Shown: piece by piece, positions 38,390-51,566 of the stretch | Layout of the letters: each line of letters opens with the position of its first letter | Numbering within the stretch: the stretch's first letter is position 1 | NCBI GenBank assembly: GCA_030704615.1 | Contig: CM060733.1 | Coordinates: forward strand, 20,832,001 to 20,896,000 | Direction: 5' to 3' | Origin: Takakia lepidozioides | Lineage: Eukaryota; Plantae; Bryophyta | Length of the DNA stretch: 64,000 nt | Position numbers and translations under genes: made by a program | The notes under the pieces: model-generated | What the model was told of the DNA's origin: nothing | Seen by the model: the letters and a program-made list of their open reading frames with translations, nothing else | Database searches by the model: none

Positions 38390-38704
38390 CTGTCAATCCA
38401 CTGTAGAGCCCACTTAGCCTTTTTGGTCACACAAGGAATGGTCTCAATGCATTGAACAACCTTGCTTTCTCATTGTGATCCTTTATACAGGACTCCAGCA
38501 AAAGGCTGTACATCTTTGTGTCACGAAACAGTGCAAATCTGATTGTCATGCGTGAAGAACACTACAATGTTGCAATACACTAAGCCATACTTAATATTCA
38601 GACAAAAGTACAGGTATACACCATCTGATATAGCAAAACATTGAAGTGAACATACCAGAATGGATATTCTCAATTGCTATCTGAAATCCATAAAATGCTC
38701 GGGC
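38390..38704 (-). pseudogene. RNR2: Two captured exons of ribonucleotide reductase small subunit
   Basis: ARAFYGFQIAIENIHS|intron|MYSLLLESCIKDHNEKARLFNA(frameshift)ETIPCVTKKAKWALQWID. Confidence 0.9.
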
Positions 38705-38789
38705 CTGCACAATCAATTGGGCTGCGGCATGCATACAAACGTAGCACTTGCAATTCTGTAATGTGCTTACTGGCATGAAGCACTTCTTA

Positions 38790-40620
38790 TTCAGGCAATA
38801 ATTTAGAAAGTTTTAACCACCAAACACCCAAATGGTACAAACATACCCCATTGCCAAGGGCTGGGATGTAACCCCCTTCCCCCATCATTTGATCATAGGT
38901 CTCCAAGGCCTCCATACCACGCCCCTGTTGTGCATGGGCAAGCATCATGTTCCACGTGATCAAAGATCGTTGAGGCATTCTGTTGATCAATTCACTTTGT
39001 TTCCTGGACAAACAAACACACAAGCTCAATGGCAGCTGGTAGTGAAGGGGTACCTATGATAGGCTTTGTGCTCTGAACTTCTCAAGTGCAATATTCAATT
39101 TCCTGGTACTCATGTCAGCAGCCCTGCATTAGATGCAATCATTCCACACAAAACAAGATGTTGTGTGATATGTTCAACTTAAAGTGATACATTGTGATGC
39201 AACTCAGTGTGGGCTGAGGTTGTGTGGAATTGTTGATAGTACGTTGTTTCCACTGCAACCTTAATGTGGATTGCAGGCAGTAGTGTTGAGATCTCCTATG
39301 GGTGTAGTTTGCATCTAAGATGGGCAAGCTTGTTGGTAAACATATTCATGACTCTAGCTATCCATGCCTCTGCACAAATCATGCATTCATCCTTGCCTTC
39401 TCTATCCCTGCTCCTGCTAGCAGTTGACAATGACAGCCTAGATTTGTTCTAGGAAACACCCAACTCAACTTATCACACTAGTTCCTATGCTCAATTGCAT
39501 CTGCTACTCTCTGTAATCCAACAGGCATTTACCTTTTTGCCTCGATTGTCCCACCATTAACAGGGGTCAGAAAAGTATTCATTCCACAGCTTCTCCTCGT
39601 CTCTGTTACCTGTTTCTGGATACTTTTCTATTGTCACATTGGCAGTATCATGTCAGTCACTCTAAACTATCAAAGGTTCAGTCAACCAGCTAACTTGCAG
39701 AATTCAACATGAAAATTTAGGACCGAATCTGATAAGAGGGAAAAACAGGGTGAAATGTGTTGAAGAAGGTGCCTTCATTAGCAGTGCCTGATTTTATCAA
39801 TTGTGCCGCTACTGCTGCGGCTTCAGTTGACCATCTGTTTCTTGTATCTGTCCTTCCACAGGAAATCATAGGTAATCTGGAGCTTGAAATCTGGCCCTCT
39901 TGGATGAATCTGGACCCACACTCTATCCCTGCTCTTCAGCTCTCCGCCCCTGTACAAATCATGCATACATCCTTGCCTTGTTGCTAGCAGCTGACAATGA
40001 CAGCCTAGAATTGTTCCAGCAAACACCCCGACCCTACTTATCGCACTAGTTCCTATTCTGACTTGCATCTGCTTCAACAAGCATTCACCTTTTGCCTGTC
40101 CATTGTTCCACCATTGACTGGGGTCGGAATATTTATTCCAGAGCTTCTCCTCGTCTCTGTTATGTGTTTTTCGATACTTTCCTGTTGCCACATTGGCAGT
40201 AACATGTCCAAATCACTCCAAAACCACCATAGATCCACCAACGAGCTAACTTGCAGAATTCAACATGAAAATTTAGGGACGACTCTGATATCAAGGCCGA
40301 GTCTGATGAGAGGCAAAACAGGCTGAAATAGGTCGAAGAAGAAGGTGCCCTCACCACATTGCGTGAAACCATTGATTGGGGTCGGAATATTCATTCCAGA
40401 GCTTCTCCTCGTCTTTGTTATCTGTTTTTCGATACTTTCCTGTTGCCACATTGGCAGTAACATGTCAAAATCACTCCAAAATCACCATAGATCCACCAAC
40501 GAGCTAACTTGCAGAGTCAACATGAAAATTTAGGGACGACTTTGATATCAGGGCTGAGTTTGATAAGAGGCAAAATAGGCCAAAATAGGTCGAAGAAGAA
40601 GGTGCCCTCAAAACATTGCG
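38790..40620 (-). pseudogene. Repeated OSB-PDF-motif exons plus a PPR fragment
   Basis: DEEKLWNKYSDPSQWWNNGQAK, IHPRGPDFKLQITYDFLWKDRYKK, MPQRSLITWNMMLAHAQQGRGMEAL. Confidence 0.8.
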
Positions 40621-40729
40621 TGAAACCCCCTCCGCGCTCAATGATGCCGGGTATCGTCATCCCTTCCTCGCGCTGCAATGACATTTTTGGGCAGTCCGGG
40701 CAGGTGCACCCTGTTGCCAACCTCAATGA

Positions 40730-42610
40730 AGCAGCAATTCCTGGCTCCTTTCTAACCCCTCTGACCTTGATCATTCTTCTCACCTTTGCAGTATCATCCC
40801 ACCTGCCAGCTGCGGCATAGATGTTTGATTGCAACACATAAGTCGCGCCATCCTGTTCATCCCACTAGAGGATAGATGTTGCCGCACGTTCAACCATCTC
40901 CACATTGCCATGGATTCTGCAGGCACCAAGCAAGGCCTTCTACACCACAACATCTGGATTTCAGTAGGCCAGTGCGGCTGCATGCAGAGAGAACACATCT
41001 AAAGGTGATACTATCCGGCTTCAAGCCTTTCTTTTGCATTCCTTCAAATAGTTGCAGGACCTCCCTATGACAACCATGTTGGGCATATCCTGCGAACATC
41101 GCATTCCACGACACCACATTTCATTCAGCCATATTGTCAAATACTCACTTTGCATCCTCACTGCACCCACATTTCACATACATGTCCACCGGGGCAGCGT
41201 CCAGAATGACATTTGGTACAGTTCTAGCTTTGATGATGTCACCATGGGGCACCTCTTTGCCACGGAACGCCATGCATCCATGCCTCCATGGAATGCCATG
41301 CTCTGCCAGGCTTGCAAACGCACACAAACATGATGTGGTCGGGCTTCATCCCTTCCCCCAGGCCTCCATCCTGCGCTCCTGCTGTGTATATCCTGCAAGC
41401 ATGGCGTTCCATGACACCAAATCTCATTCAGCCATATTGTTGAACACTCCCTCCACATCCTCAATGCTCCCACATTTGGCATACATGTCTATGAGGGTAT
41501 TGTTCAGAATCACATCTGGTACAATTCCAGCTTTGGCGATGCAACCATGCACCTCTTTGCCCTTTTCCAGGGCTGCCAGGCTTGCACACGCAGTGCAAAC
41601 GCACACAAACGTAATGTGGTCAGGCTTCACCCCTTCACACATCATTCCAAGGCCTCCATCCCGCGCCCCTGCTGTGCATACCCTGCAAGCATTGAGTTCC
41701 ATGACACCACATCTCGTTCAGCCATAGTCTTGAAAACTCCCTTCGCATCCTTAATGCACCCACATTTGGCATACATGTCCACCAAGGCTGTGTTCAGGAT
41801 GACATCTGGTACAATTCCAGCTTTGACGATGTCGCCATGGACCTCTTCCCCCTTTTCCAAAGCTGCCAGCCTTGCACACACACTGCAAACACAAACAAAT
41901 GTGATGTGGTTGGGCTTCACCCCTTCGCACATCATTTGCTTATAGGTCTGCAAAGCCTCCATCCCGCACCCTTGCTGTGCATATCATGCAATCATCGCAC
42001 TCCACAACACCACATCCCGTTCAGCCATACTGTCGAACACTCCCTTGGCATCCTTAATGCACCCACATTTGACATACATGTCCACCAGGGCAGTGTTCAG
42101 CATGACACCGGGTACAATTCCAGATTTGACGATGCAACCATGGACCTCTTTGCACTTTTCCAGGCTGCCAGGCTTGCATACGCACTGCAAACGCACACAA
42201 ACATGATGTGGTTGAGCTTCACCCCTTCCCCCATCATTTGCTGATAGGTCTCCAAAGCCCCATCCCGCACCCCTGCTGTGCACACCCTGCAAGCATCGCG
42301 TTCCACGACACCACATCTCGTTCAGCCATAGGTTGAACACTCCCTTGGCATCCTCAATGCTCCCACATTTGGCATACATGTCCACTAGAGCAGTGTTCAG
42401 GATGACATCTGGTACAATTGATAATGTCACCATGGATCTCTTTGCCAGGGCTGCCAGACGCACTGCAAACACACACAAACGTTATGTGGGCGGTTTCACC
42501 CCTTCCCCCATCATTTGCTCATAGGTCTCCAAAGCCTCCATCCCGCACCCCTGCTGTGCATACCCTGCAAACATCACAATCCACGACACCACATCTCGTT
42601 CAGCCATACT
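40730..42610 (-). pseudogene. PLS-class PPR pseudogene with E domain and PG box, no DYW; frameshifted
   Basis: Multiple P-L-S triplets (NTALVDMYAKCG..DVVSWN), ITFRCVLSACSRTGL, VWKALLGACRIHGNVE, SNIYAAAGRWDD..VRKEPG. Confidence 0.92.
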
Positions 42611-42639
42611 GTTCAGAATGACAGGGAATCTGACAGGCA

Positions 42640-42790
42640 TTCACCTTTTTGCCTCGGTTGTCCCACCATTGACTGGGGTCAAAAAAGTATTCATTCCACA
42701 GCTTCTCCTCATCTCTGTTACCTCTTTTAGGATACTTTCATGTTGTCAGTTGGGAGTATCATGTCAAAGTCACTCCAAACTATCAAGCAA
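42640..42790 (-). pseudogene. PDF-motif exon directly upstream of the PPR tract
   Basis: EEKLWNEYFFDPSQWWDNRGKK followed by a GT donor. Confidence 0.75.
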
Positions 42791-43099
42791 CATGCATTGA
42801 AATTCCAGTGTCAACCTGATATAGATGGACCTACAGAGACAATTTGCTGCTCGCTTCATTTGTTGCTGCAAAAAGCAGTCAAGATAACAAGAGATTTTGG
42901 TACAACCAGAGAACAATCTCAACAAGTCAATTGTGGTCATAAGAGACTTTTTTCCAGTCTCTGCCATATTTCCGAAATGCTTGATAGAAGAGCTCCAGGG
43001 AGGTTTACTATTTCATGAGCCCATGAGCCCATGAGCCTATGAGCTCACGAGCGGGCATCCGCGGAATTGGAGTTTTTGTGCCTTTATTGACGGTGTTAT

Positions 43100-46000
43100 G
43101 TCCTCTTACCTCGATAATAGGGTCTGTTTCTCCTGGTCCAGGATGCGGAATGAGGTATTTCGGCGTCGTTATTCCACGTCACCACTGTAAAACATTGTGC
43201 AGGACAGGAAAGAGACACAAAATTGTAGCCCTCACAAGCCATTGTGCTGACAAGGTAATATATTTAGGGTGAGACGATAGTTGAACTTGCAAACCCCATT
43301 CAACTCAACATCAAGCCCACATTGACATGACGCTCGAAATAAAAACATCAGGCAACCACAAGTTTTTATTTTGTACAGCGACTACTCCGAGCTTCCATCA
43401 TCAGAAATACCACTGCGGCATAAGAAACCTGTGGAACTACCATATCCCGGAGCCTGTGCCCTCCAATCATCCTCCACAATGATCCTTACCTCGCTATGCT
43501 GCTGCGTTGGCATCCACAACACGAACCACCGAGTCGTCGAACCACAGGTCCAGAATTAGGAGTGGTGCGGTAGTCGTCCACTGCGCATTGCTGTTTTCTG
43601 GATTAAGATGGCGAACATAAAGATACAAGATATCTATAGAGGTCACGTTCGTGAAACATGCAGATATTGGAGGCCTCCTATTGGGACCTCCTCCACATCG
43701 TCGTGAAATTCGCAAACATCTAGGACAAACCTGTTCCGATTCTCCCTTAGTGTCAAGTCTACCAAATGCTCGGCATGCCACTCCTTCGCCATTACTTCTG
43801 TGTACATCGTACCACGACCTCCAGGTGTCCTCCACGCCAGGAAGAATGGTGGAACCCTTTGAATGGCTCCAGACGGAATGAGTGCAAAGTTTATGTACCT
43901 GCAATCACGAGGCAGTTCAACAAAAATCATTCTACTGATGCATCATGCAAGAGGAAGTTCTCAATGCACAAGGTATTTCGGCACCAAAATACGCAGTGGA
44001 CCGTGCCCCAATTACCCAGCACTCACATCTTGCAGAGGTATATTTCGGCGCCGCAATACCCACCGCTGCTTAGCTAAATCATCAAAACTGCAAATAGGGG
44101 GATGCATTGGCAGCAAATTACCTGAACAGGACACGCATTGCCGCTTTGTCGGCACCCTCCTGCTCTTCGATGTATACGTTGCGTCTTGCCTTTGCAATTT
44201 ATCTGAAAAAGAGGTTTGCGAAGCGCCCTCGCCAGGACTGCACGTAGTTCTCCATTGTCTCCGGTTTCGTCCAGTCGATCTGTAACTTGAAAGTGGTGGT
44301 GTTGCAATCCAATTGCTCCTGGGCGTGGGTCAGTACCTGCAGCAGTGCAGGTTTCCAAAACATTCATGAATTTGAAATTGCGATGATGTCCAACACACAG
44401 AAGAGGAGGAAATTATACCTGATGCCACCAAGTCATCACATTGAGCCAGTCGTTCATTTTGTCGTCTGTTAGCTCGATGGGAAAGTGATACAACAGCTTC
44501 GTGTTTGTATGGCCGTTCCAGATTCGCAGCCACCTCGTCTGCATGGCCTAACATCGGTCAGACATAAGAACCTCATCATGAGAATCGCGAGAAGACATAA
44601 AACAAGAACAAACACATGCTTACCTTCTCCGCCGGCTCAACACAGGACACTACGATGTGATGAAGTTTCTCCATGGACATTTCCGGTTTCATGGGTCTGG
44701 AGTAATGCAGTCCTATCTCCGCCAGGAACTCGGCACCAAGACCAGGGTCAGCGATTGTAACTTGCTTCACAAGTTGGACCTGTACTTGGTCCGTGATTGA
44801 CTCTCTATCGACACGTCCGCCTTGTTGGGGGCATCACTCTCAAAGAACTGCCTTTTGGCATAGGCCAAGTCATCCCTGATATTCGTCTGCATTCCCATAC
44901 CCAGCGGATATAGTCAGGCCACTGATCCCTGCAACAAATAACATTAAATCGGGAAATTTGAGATGAACCTTACCGAATAGAGGATCTCCACCATGGCATC
45001 CAGTGTTGGTCGGTACCAGGTGCGATCCGCTTTCGCAAGGGACTTCCTGTACAGCTCGGGATCGAGGGATTTTTGGAAGTCCGTCAGCGGTGTTGTTCCT
45101 ACTTCTTGCACTCTGTAGAGCGTATGTACCAGATGAGTTTCCATGAAGGCCCTCTCTGTTACTCTGCCATGGAAAAAAAAAAAAAACAACAACATGAAAA
45201 TATGATACAAAAATAACCAGATTTCGGCACAGCAATCCAATTTCCAGTTCATAGAGTGCATGACAGTCAAGAACATTGTCTATTTTGGCGCCGCAATAGG
45301 CAGTACACAAGGATGTAGTTGTATACTTACAGATTTATATCCGCCATGGCACCCTTCAGCAGTCATCTGTCCCTCACGTCCACCTTCACGACAATGCAGT
45401 CCACCATGTAATGCCAATTGATATCTTGCGGATGCATTTCAGCAATGTACTCTGTCCAGACAAGCATCCTGTGGTTCCCGTCCCAAACGAAGAACATCTT
45501 CTCTGCCATGTGTGCGAATGTGGAATTAGTCTTCAGAGAGGCTTCAAACTCGGCATTTACAGTGTGCCAGTGGGGGCTCCAATTCTGAAGCTCCTCTGTA
45601 GTGGGGCCCCTTGTGACACCCTGGTCATTCTCAATGGAAACGTAGAATGCTGCCGACCCCCGTCTGTACCTTTCTCTGAAGTTGTGCTTCAGTCGATCGA
45701 TGTCCCCTGGTAGTGCTTGCCTTACAACTGGAAGGCTAACCATGCAACACAAAAGCACTTTGAGGTTCTCTGGATACACCATGGAGCCCAAAACGCGGCC
45801 TATGTTGCTATGAGTCTCTGCCAACAACCTGTTTGATGCTATGTTCATGTCTCGTGCCTTCATGAGCATACCCGCCACCAGTTTCTTACTTCCAACACCT
45901 CTCTCACCCCTCTCACCAGCTTGTCTACTGTCCTGGAGGTTTTGCTCCTCCGCAAGCTCCAGCAAGTTCTGATCGTCGTCAAGTCGCACCATGTTGTCGT

Positions 46001-46370
46001 CCTCTGCTTCTGTCAGCTCAATGGGCTGTTTTTCTGCAGATCCGAGTCCGACATCTCCAGCAGCCTCCACTGCATCCGTGTTTTCTGAAACTGCCTGCAA
46101 ACCCAATATCTCCGCTTCCAGTCTCCCAAGTGGTTTTACTGGCGAAGCCATGGGCTCCTTCTGCTTCATCGGCTTCTGGACTCTAGGTAGGCTTTTCTGA
46201 GGCGATTTCTGAGGTGTTGAATGAGGAGTCGCCTGCCTCGATGCACTTCCACCTTGTGAGCGCAGCACCCGGGCAGGAGTATCCAAAGTTGACTGTGTTG
46301 GCTCGCCCCCCTGCGATCCCTCCCCAGCTCCCATGTCAAACAAACAGGAAAACATGACACACTGCACGCA
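43100..46370 (-). pseudogene. Multi-exon, probably transposon-borne gene with a ParB/Srx-like domain
   Basis: 334-aa frame with DIDRLKHNF..FYV..FFVWDGNHR..W; further GT-AG-bounded coding-like segments downstream (44980-45165, 44620-44780, 43640-43900); some stops. Confidence 0.55.
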
Positions 46371-46845
46371 AAAAAAAAGGTGTAAAAGAAATAGTGCGTA
46401 TGGAGTGCTTCACATCCGCGAAGCACGAATCTCTCACTGGTGGGCGATCCGAGTCTTCGGATAACGAGGTCTGCATTTCCTGCATGAGACGGAGCTTAAG
46501 TCATGTCGTCGGCGGCTTCCCAAAATCCCGCGTCCTCTTTCTCTGCGCCGGAGTCGCCTGAGGTTCCACAAACTCTATGCTAGCACTATGCTGCATAAAG
46601 AAAGGAAACGCAGGAGAATGTCACTGCAGAAGGGCAAGGAGCAAAAGAGCAAAGCGGTGGAACATGCAACCATTGTGCACGAGCAGATGCGTAAGCAGCC
46701 ACGTCTCCCGACGCGTTGCCACCGTCCACCACTTTCTGCCGTATGGGTGATGAAGAGATTGCGACCCCTGACACGTTCACACGGATGAAGTCAACTGGAA
46801 CACGACGCGTGCCTGTTCAAGCCACCAGTAGAAGACGCTTTATCC

Positions 46846-48073
46846 GAATTGCGGCGCCGAAATACCGTTCTGTTCACCGGATGTTGTTCCCGGAGCAGCC
46901 GGCATTGAATGAACTATCCGCACATCATGAAGCCCAACCGCCATGAAAATCCCCTGCCTATGACATTCAACAGTCAGATCGGTACGTTTCATCAGCGGAC
47001 GGATGAATTTCGGCGCCGAAATTCATCCTATGCAAGTGCTTTCATACACAAACTTATGAATTTCGGCGCCGCAATTCATCGCTTCCCCAGTCCTCATCCG
47101 TCATGAGCAAACCTGTCAGTCGGATATCGGAGCCGGAATTAATTCCGGGACAGTGGAGACGGCTGCACTTGGGCACATTTCATCCATATTTCGGCGCCGA
47201 AATTCATTAAGAATATCTCCGTCGGCGCGTAGACGAGGTGAAATCATCCATATTTCTTCGCCGAAATACATCCAGCGCGAAGACTAAATCGGCACCATGC
47301 TACGCTTTGCCGCCATCATTGCCCCTCACGGTTGTTGTCCATGCTTGTTGGACTTGCCATGTATGGACTGTTTAGTATAATTTCGGCGCCGGAATTATAC
47401 TTTATGTGCGGCAACGTCCTGTGCGAAAAATGACCACTTAATGGATACTGTCAGTTTCAAATGAAAACAACGGCTAAAATGCAATTAATTTTTTCCCAAC
47501 ATGAAAAAATATCCCCTTTCGTCATTGGATAACGACCTTTTGTAAGAAATAAGGGGTTGAATGTGCCGATTTCTCCATTTAATACAGAATATTCGTGTTA
47601 TCTTTGTCTGAATGGGTTATTTCAAACGAATTTCGGAACATTACATTATCCAGAAGCAAGAAGTAAGTGTCGGGTTCGGACGAATTACGGCACCGAAATT
47701 CATCCATTTCAAAGAGAAATAAATATTGGAGGGAGGGCATTGGATGAATTTCAGCGCCGAAATCCAGCGCTCAATCCTTTAAAAGAAATTGGAGGGATGA
47801 TTTCGGATGAATTTCGGCGCCGAAATTCATTGCTCGCGAAGAAAAAAGAAAATTAGAAGGGATGACTTGGATGAATTTTGGCGCTGAAATTCATCCAACG
47901 TCATCCTTCCAACAATTTCTTTCCCATGCGAACGATGAATTTCGGCGCCGAAATTCATCCCTACTGTCGATTCAGGATTACTGTCATTCGGATGTCGGCA
48001 CCGAAATCCGGACACGTGGTGAATCATGACTGTAATCACGAACACATTCATCCGTATTTCGGCGCCGAAATTC
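46846..48073. repeat. Array of about 14 palindromes, consensus (GGAT)GAATTTCGGCGCCGAAATTC(ATCC)
   Basis: Perfect 28-bp palindrome at 47001-47028; runs at ~63-64-bp spacing (47681, 47745, 47808, 47872, 47937); outlying copies at ~43974, 44041, 45281. Confidence 0.9.
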
Positions 48074-48697
48074 TGCTTCTCGATGCTCCTTCATTCTTTC
48101 TTGTTGCTTAGCTGTCCATGCCGCGTATGCTGCCCAGTTGAGTTTTTGTCCAGTCCTTTTTTCATAGACAATGCCCCTTGCCATCAAGTTTGCAATGATA
48201 CCACCGGTTGGCTTACAGTCATACCCATGAACCTTACTCCACAGGTCCTCGATTTTGGGAATCAGACTCTTGTCAGTACAACCCATGTAAAAGTAGTCAT
48301 TCTTGTTTGCTGGTTGTCCAAACAACTTTGCACATTGTTCTTTGGTGATGTCTTTGTCTAAGACAAGTTGTTTGGGATTCTTGCCCGACGCATTCAGCTT
48401 GAGGACATCCCTGAAGTAATCTGTTGATTTCTGCCCCCCTCTTTTGCCCATAGTATCTTCGGATGCCACTTTGGAAGTCTTCGCTTTCGCAGGTGAATTC
48501 TCTAACTTACTCCCCGACTGCACCATTGTTTTGAACCGCTTCCTGAGTGCCCTACATACTCCCAGCCCCGCACTTCCATTAGACCAGTTTTTTACAACTC
48601 CAGGTTGGTTATGTACGGAGACAGCAACATGAGGGGGCAAGGATGGAGCTACAAACCAACACCCTACCGACATTTCCAGCTTCATGTGAACCAACAA
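47984..48697 (-). CDS. Hypothetical, probably transposon-associated protein; start uncertain
   Basis: 237-aa open frame with globular-looking core (LMARGIVYEKRTGQKLNWAAYAAWT) that runs into the palindrome array. Confidence 0.45.
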   Translation of the reverse strand: MLVHMKLEMSVGCWFVAPSLPPHVAVSVHNQPGVVKNWSNGSAGLGVCRALRKRFKTMVQSGSKLENSPAKAKTSKVASEDTMGKRGGQKSTDYFRDVLKLNASGKNPKQLVLDKDITKEQCAKLFGQPANKNDYFYMGCTDKSLIPKIEDLWSKVHGYDCKPTGGIIANLMARGIVYEKRTGQKLNWAAYAAWTAKQQERMKEHREAEFRRRNTDECVRDYSHDSPRVRISVPTSE

Positions 48698-48775
48698 ACC
48701 AACAAAACCAACAACCTACTGACATTTCTAGCTTCATGACAACCATACTACCAAATTCAGACATAAAATTACATT

Positions 48776-49072
48776 TCAATCAGAGGCCAAGTCTGGATCG
48801 TCTCTGGTTAACGCAAGTGCAGCCTTCAAGAAGTGCAAGTGATCCACATAGATGACAAACCTACTTTCCACACGTTTCCAAATTCTATATTCCTCCACAT
48901 GGTTCGGTTTCAGAGAATCAACATTCAAATATTGATGATATGCATTGTCATATTCCTCTTCGATCCCAACCAATGATTGACAGAAGGGACAAGTTTTCTG
49001 GTGTTTTATTTTATCTTGCTCCTCTTGTGATGTAACCAGGTGTCTCTCTCTTGAAGGCTCCTCTTCTTGCAT
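48776..49072 (-). CDS. Hypothetical small protein with CxxC
   Basis: 98-aa ATG-to-stop ORF containing CPFC, protein-like composition. Confidence 0.35.
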   Translation of the reverse strand: MQEEEPSRERHLVTSQEEQDKIKHQKTCPFCQSLVGIEEEYDNAYHQYLNVDSLKPNHVEEYRIWKRVESRFVIYVDHLHFLKAALALTRDDPDLASD

Positions 49073-50056
49073 TGGTCCTCTTCAATCTAGCGACATGGTT
49101 CAGTTTAGGTAATTAGGTACGCAAGGATGAGTTGGGCTATCACGTGCTAACAACAACAAGAGACTACTCTACCCCTCTACCCCACCTAGGCCATGAGGTA
49201 CGCAATATCAGTGAAAATATGAGTAGGGAACACCAGATTGCACAAAAACTAACGGGGTGCCACACCTGTAATGCTTTTCCAAGATGTGGTGGGAGGTAGC
49301 GTGAGGGAGAGCCGCAGTCCACCTGCCATCCCCGCAAATCAGCTGCACAAACACATGACATACTTAAGTTGAATAGTAGCCCCACAAATGCGACAACATA
49401 TGCAGGCAAGCTGATGGAATCAGAGGACAGTAAAATGTAAATTCTTCAAGGCATTAACATGGCAGCAAGAGAAACCAAACATTTTCAACACAGACACTCA
49501 AAAATTCCTTGGCAATCAACAATCACACTGTTGGGCCCTTCTTCCGCAAACTACAAAACTGTTTACTGTCCAGCAATCCAAAAATGGGATCCACTCGCCC
49601 CCCTCACTATAACACAAAAAGGGTAGCTCGTTGGAGAGTAGTTTCAAGTCATGACAACAAAGATAAGTGACACAAACTGAGGGGTTTGTTCACCTGTTTG
49701 AATAGACTGGACTTGGTACCTTGTACCAGTGTGACAAACTTTACATCAACTACATATGCTACATCTGCTACTCTTCCCCTGCCTCGCCAATATCGTCCCT
49801 TTTACAACAACGACCACACTTGGTACAATCCAAATACAAATGCAGCTTGACAGAAAAGGGCATGCACTCTCACTTGAAACCAGCCAGCAACAATAGTTCA
49901 CAAGTCTACATGGTAGGCCAGATTAGGTCAGATCCCCTCCTCCCTCCCCACGATCATTAAACGCCACCACTGCGTGCTCCCTTCCAGCACATATCTTGCT
50001 GTGGAGTTCTCCTCCAGTTGTAAATAGGTAATTAACAATTAACCAGTAATCAGAAG

Positions 50057-50503
50057 TTAAACAGCAGAGCTAGCTTCAGCCACCTTGCTAGCAGGAATAC
50101 GTTGCCTCTGTTCCACATATGATGATGGAAACCAGCCAGCCTTCCCCTTGCATTCTCCCTCTGACCAGCCAGATGGAGAGACCTGTTCCCAAAACACAGT
50201 AGGGTTGGTCAAGACATTTAGCAGCGGTGATAAGGATAGATTTTGTGTTTGCACCCTATTTCAGTCGTTCAGGGGGGATTCTGTCGGATAGAATTGAACC
50301 TCTCAAAATTCCCCCAAGTTTTCAGACAAAGGGCAGCCCCTTGTCCTCATCCCAACCAGGTGATAAAGGAATTTTCAGTGAACAAGAGTACAAGCAGTTT
50401 GAACCAGGAGAGAGTTGAAGCCCCAGACCTGACGTACAACCACGTAGTCCCCAACAGCTAAACTTAGCTCTCCTTGATCCTCTGATTCAAATGCATGCAT
50501 CAC
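50057..50503 (-). pseudogene. Last two exons (50429-50503, 50057-50182) of an SH3P-type (BAR-SH3) gene; upstream exons not recognised in the window
   Basis: VMHAFESEDQGELSLAVGDYVVVRQ|VSPSGWSEGECKGKAGWFPSSYVEQRQRIPASKV* with a GT-AG intron. Confidence 0.85.
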
Positions 50504-51327
50504 CTGCCATAGTTGGAGTACACAACCACTATCACCATCTGCCAAATATTCACACAACTAGCTGTACCAACAACACCTTTCACTCAAGATCATTGAAGAT
50601 TGGATTTAAAGACGAGCAGGCTGGCTGGCTGCCTAAACAAGCATCAACAAATCTGTGAGGTACTGGTAAACCCCATGCAGAAACCATGTGAGAAGGAGAG
50701 GTACACACTGACAAAATGGCCATGAACCAAGGTAATAGAGGCAGTACAACAGAGTTTACTAACCAATTGCACAAATTGTACAGAACACACTTCGGGAAGT
50801 ATGTTGTCAGCACTCTTGTGAACCAATGACAACAATTAATCTATCACTTAATACTCCAAAGTGGCGCATACCCTCCACTATCGCAAGACAATTTTGAAGG
50901 TAGTTCCTAGTTGTGTACAGGCGGATACACCTACTGAAAAGTGTGACATCCACCCCGCTTACTTGTTAAGCACATATCACTTACTATAGCTCAAGGGAGT
51001 GTCTAAGAATCAATGGTTCATTCCAAGTATTTCTGATCCTCGTAAGGGATTCATTACCCTGTACTGCAGATCATTGGATGTATGTTGTCCTAGCTCTTTG
51101 AGGTGAGGGGCGTCAGAATCATAGAAGGGGGAACAAGAAATTTGCACATCTTAGTCAATTCTGTGGATGCTACACCTTTCTTCTCCAACCTCTTCTTGAG
51201 CTTTATCACTGCTAGTTTATGGATAACCTGACCAAACAACAACAAGGTAATGGAGAGGCATCAAGAATCTGCTGTAACAAGGAGCTGGTAACTGCAAATG
51301 ACATGATATGAACTGCATTTTGGCCAG

Positions 51328-51566
51328 GTCCGAACAGCATGCTTGAATCCCAAGTCAATTTCTATGGGACAGCTGTATGGTGACTTCGATGAAAACACAC
51401 ATGAATGACTGCGACTTCATTCTACATCATGTACACTTGCCCCAAGATATACATCATGTAAGGCATTTTGGCATGCTACATGAGAGAGCTTGTCGAGGAC
51501 ACATCAACTTCCAAGAAGTGGCTAATGTTTGATGGGCCTGTGGATGCCATCTGGATTGAGAACATG
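51328..51566 (+). pseudogene. Axonemal dynein heavy-chain fragment (AAA2 region)
   Basis: LNPKSISMGQLYGDFDENTHE*T then GILACYMRELVEDTSTSKKWLMFDGPVDAIWIENM. Confidence 0.9.

Noticed and set aside
40620-40740. DYW deaminase domain after the PG box
   Set aside because: Sequence switches to unrelated linker right after KEPG; no HSE, CxxC-H or DYW motifs
46846-48073. CRISPR array (palindromic 24-28-bp repeats with ~35-40-bp spacers)
   Set aside because: Spacers resemble each other (AAAGAAATTGGAGGGATGA) and one is the reverse complement of its neighbour; repeats are degenerate; no cas genes; eukaryotic context
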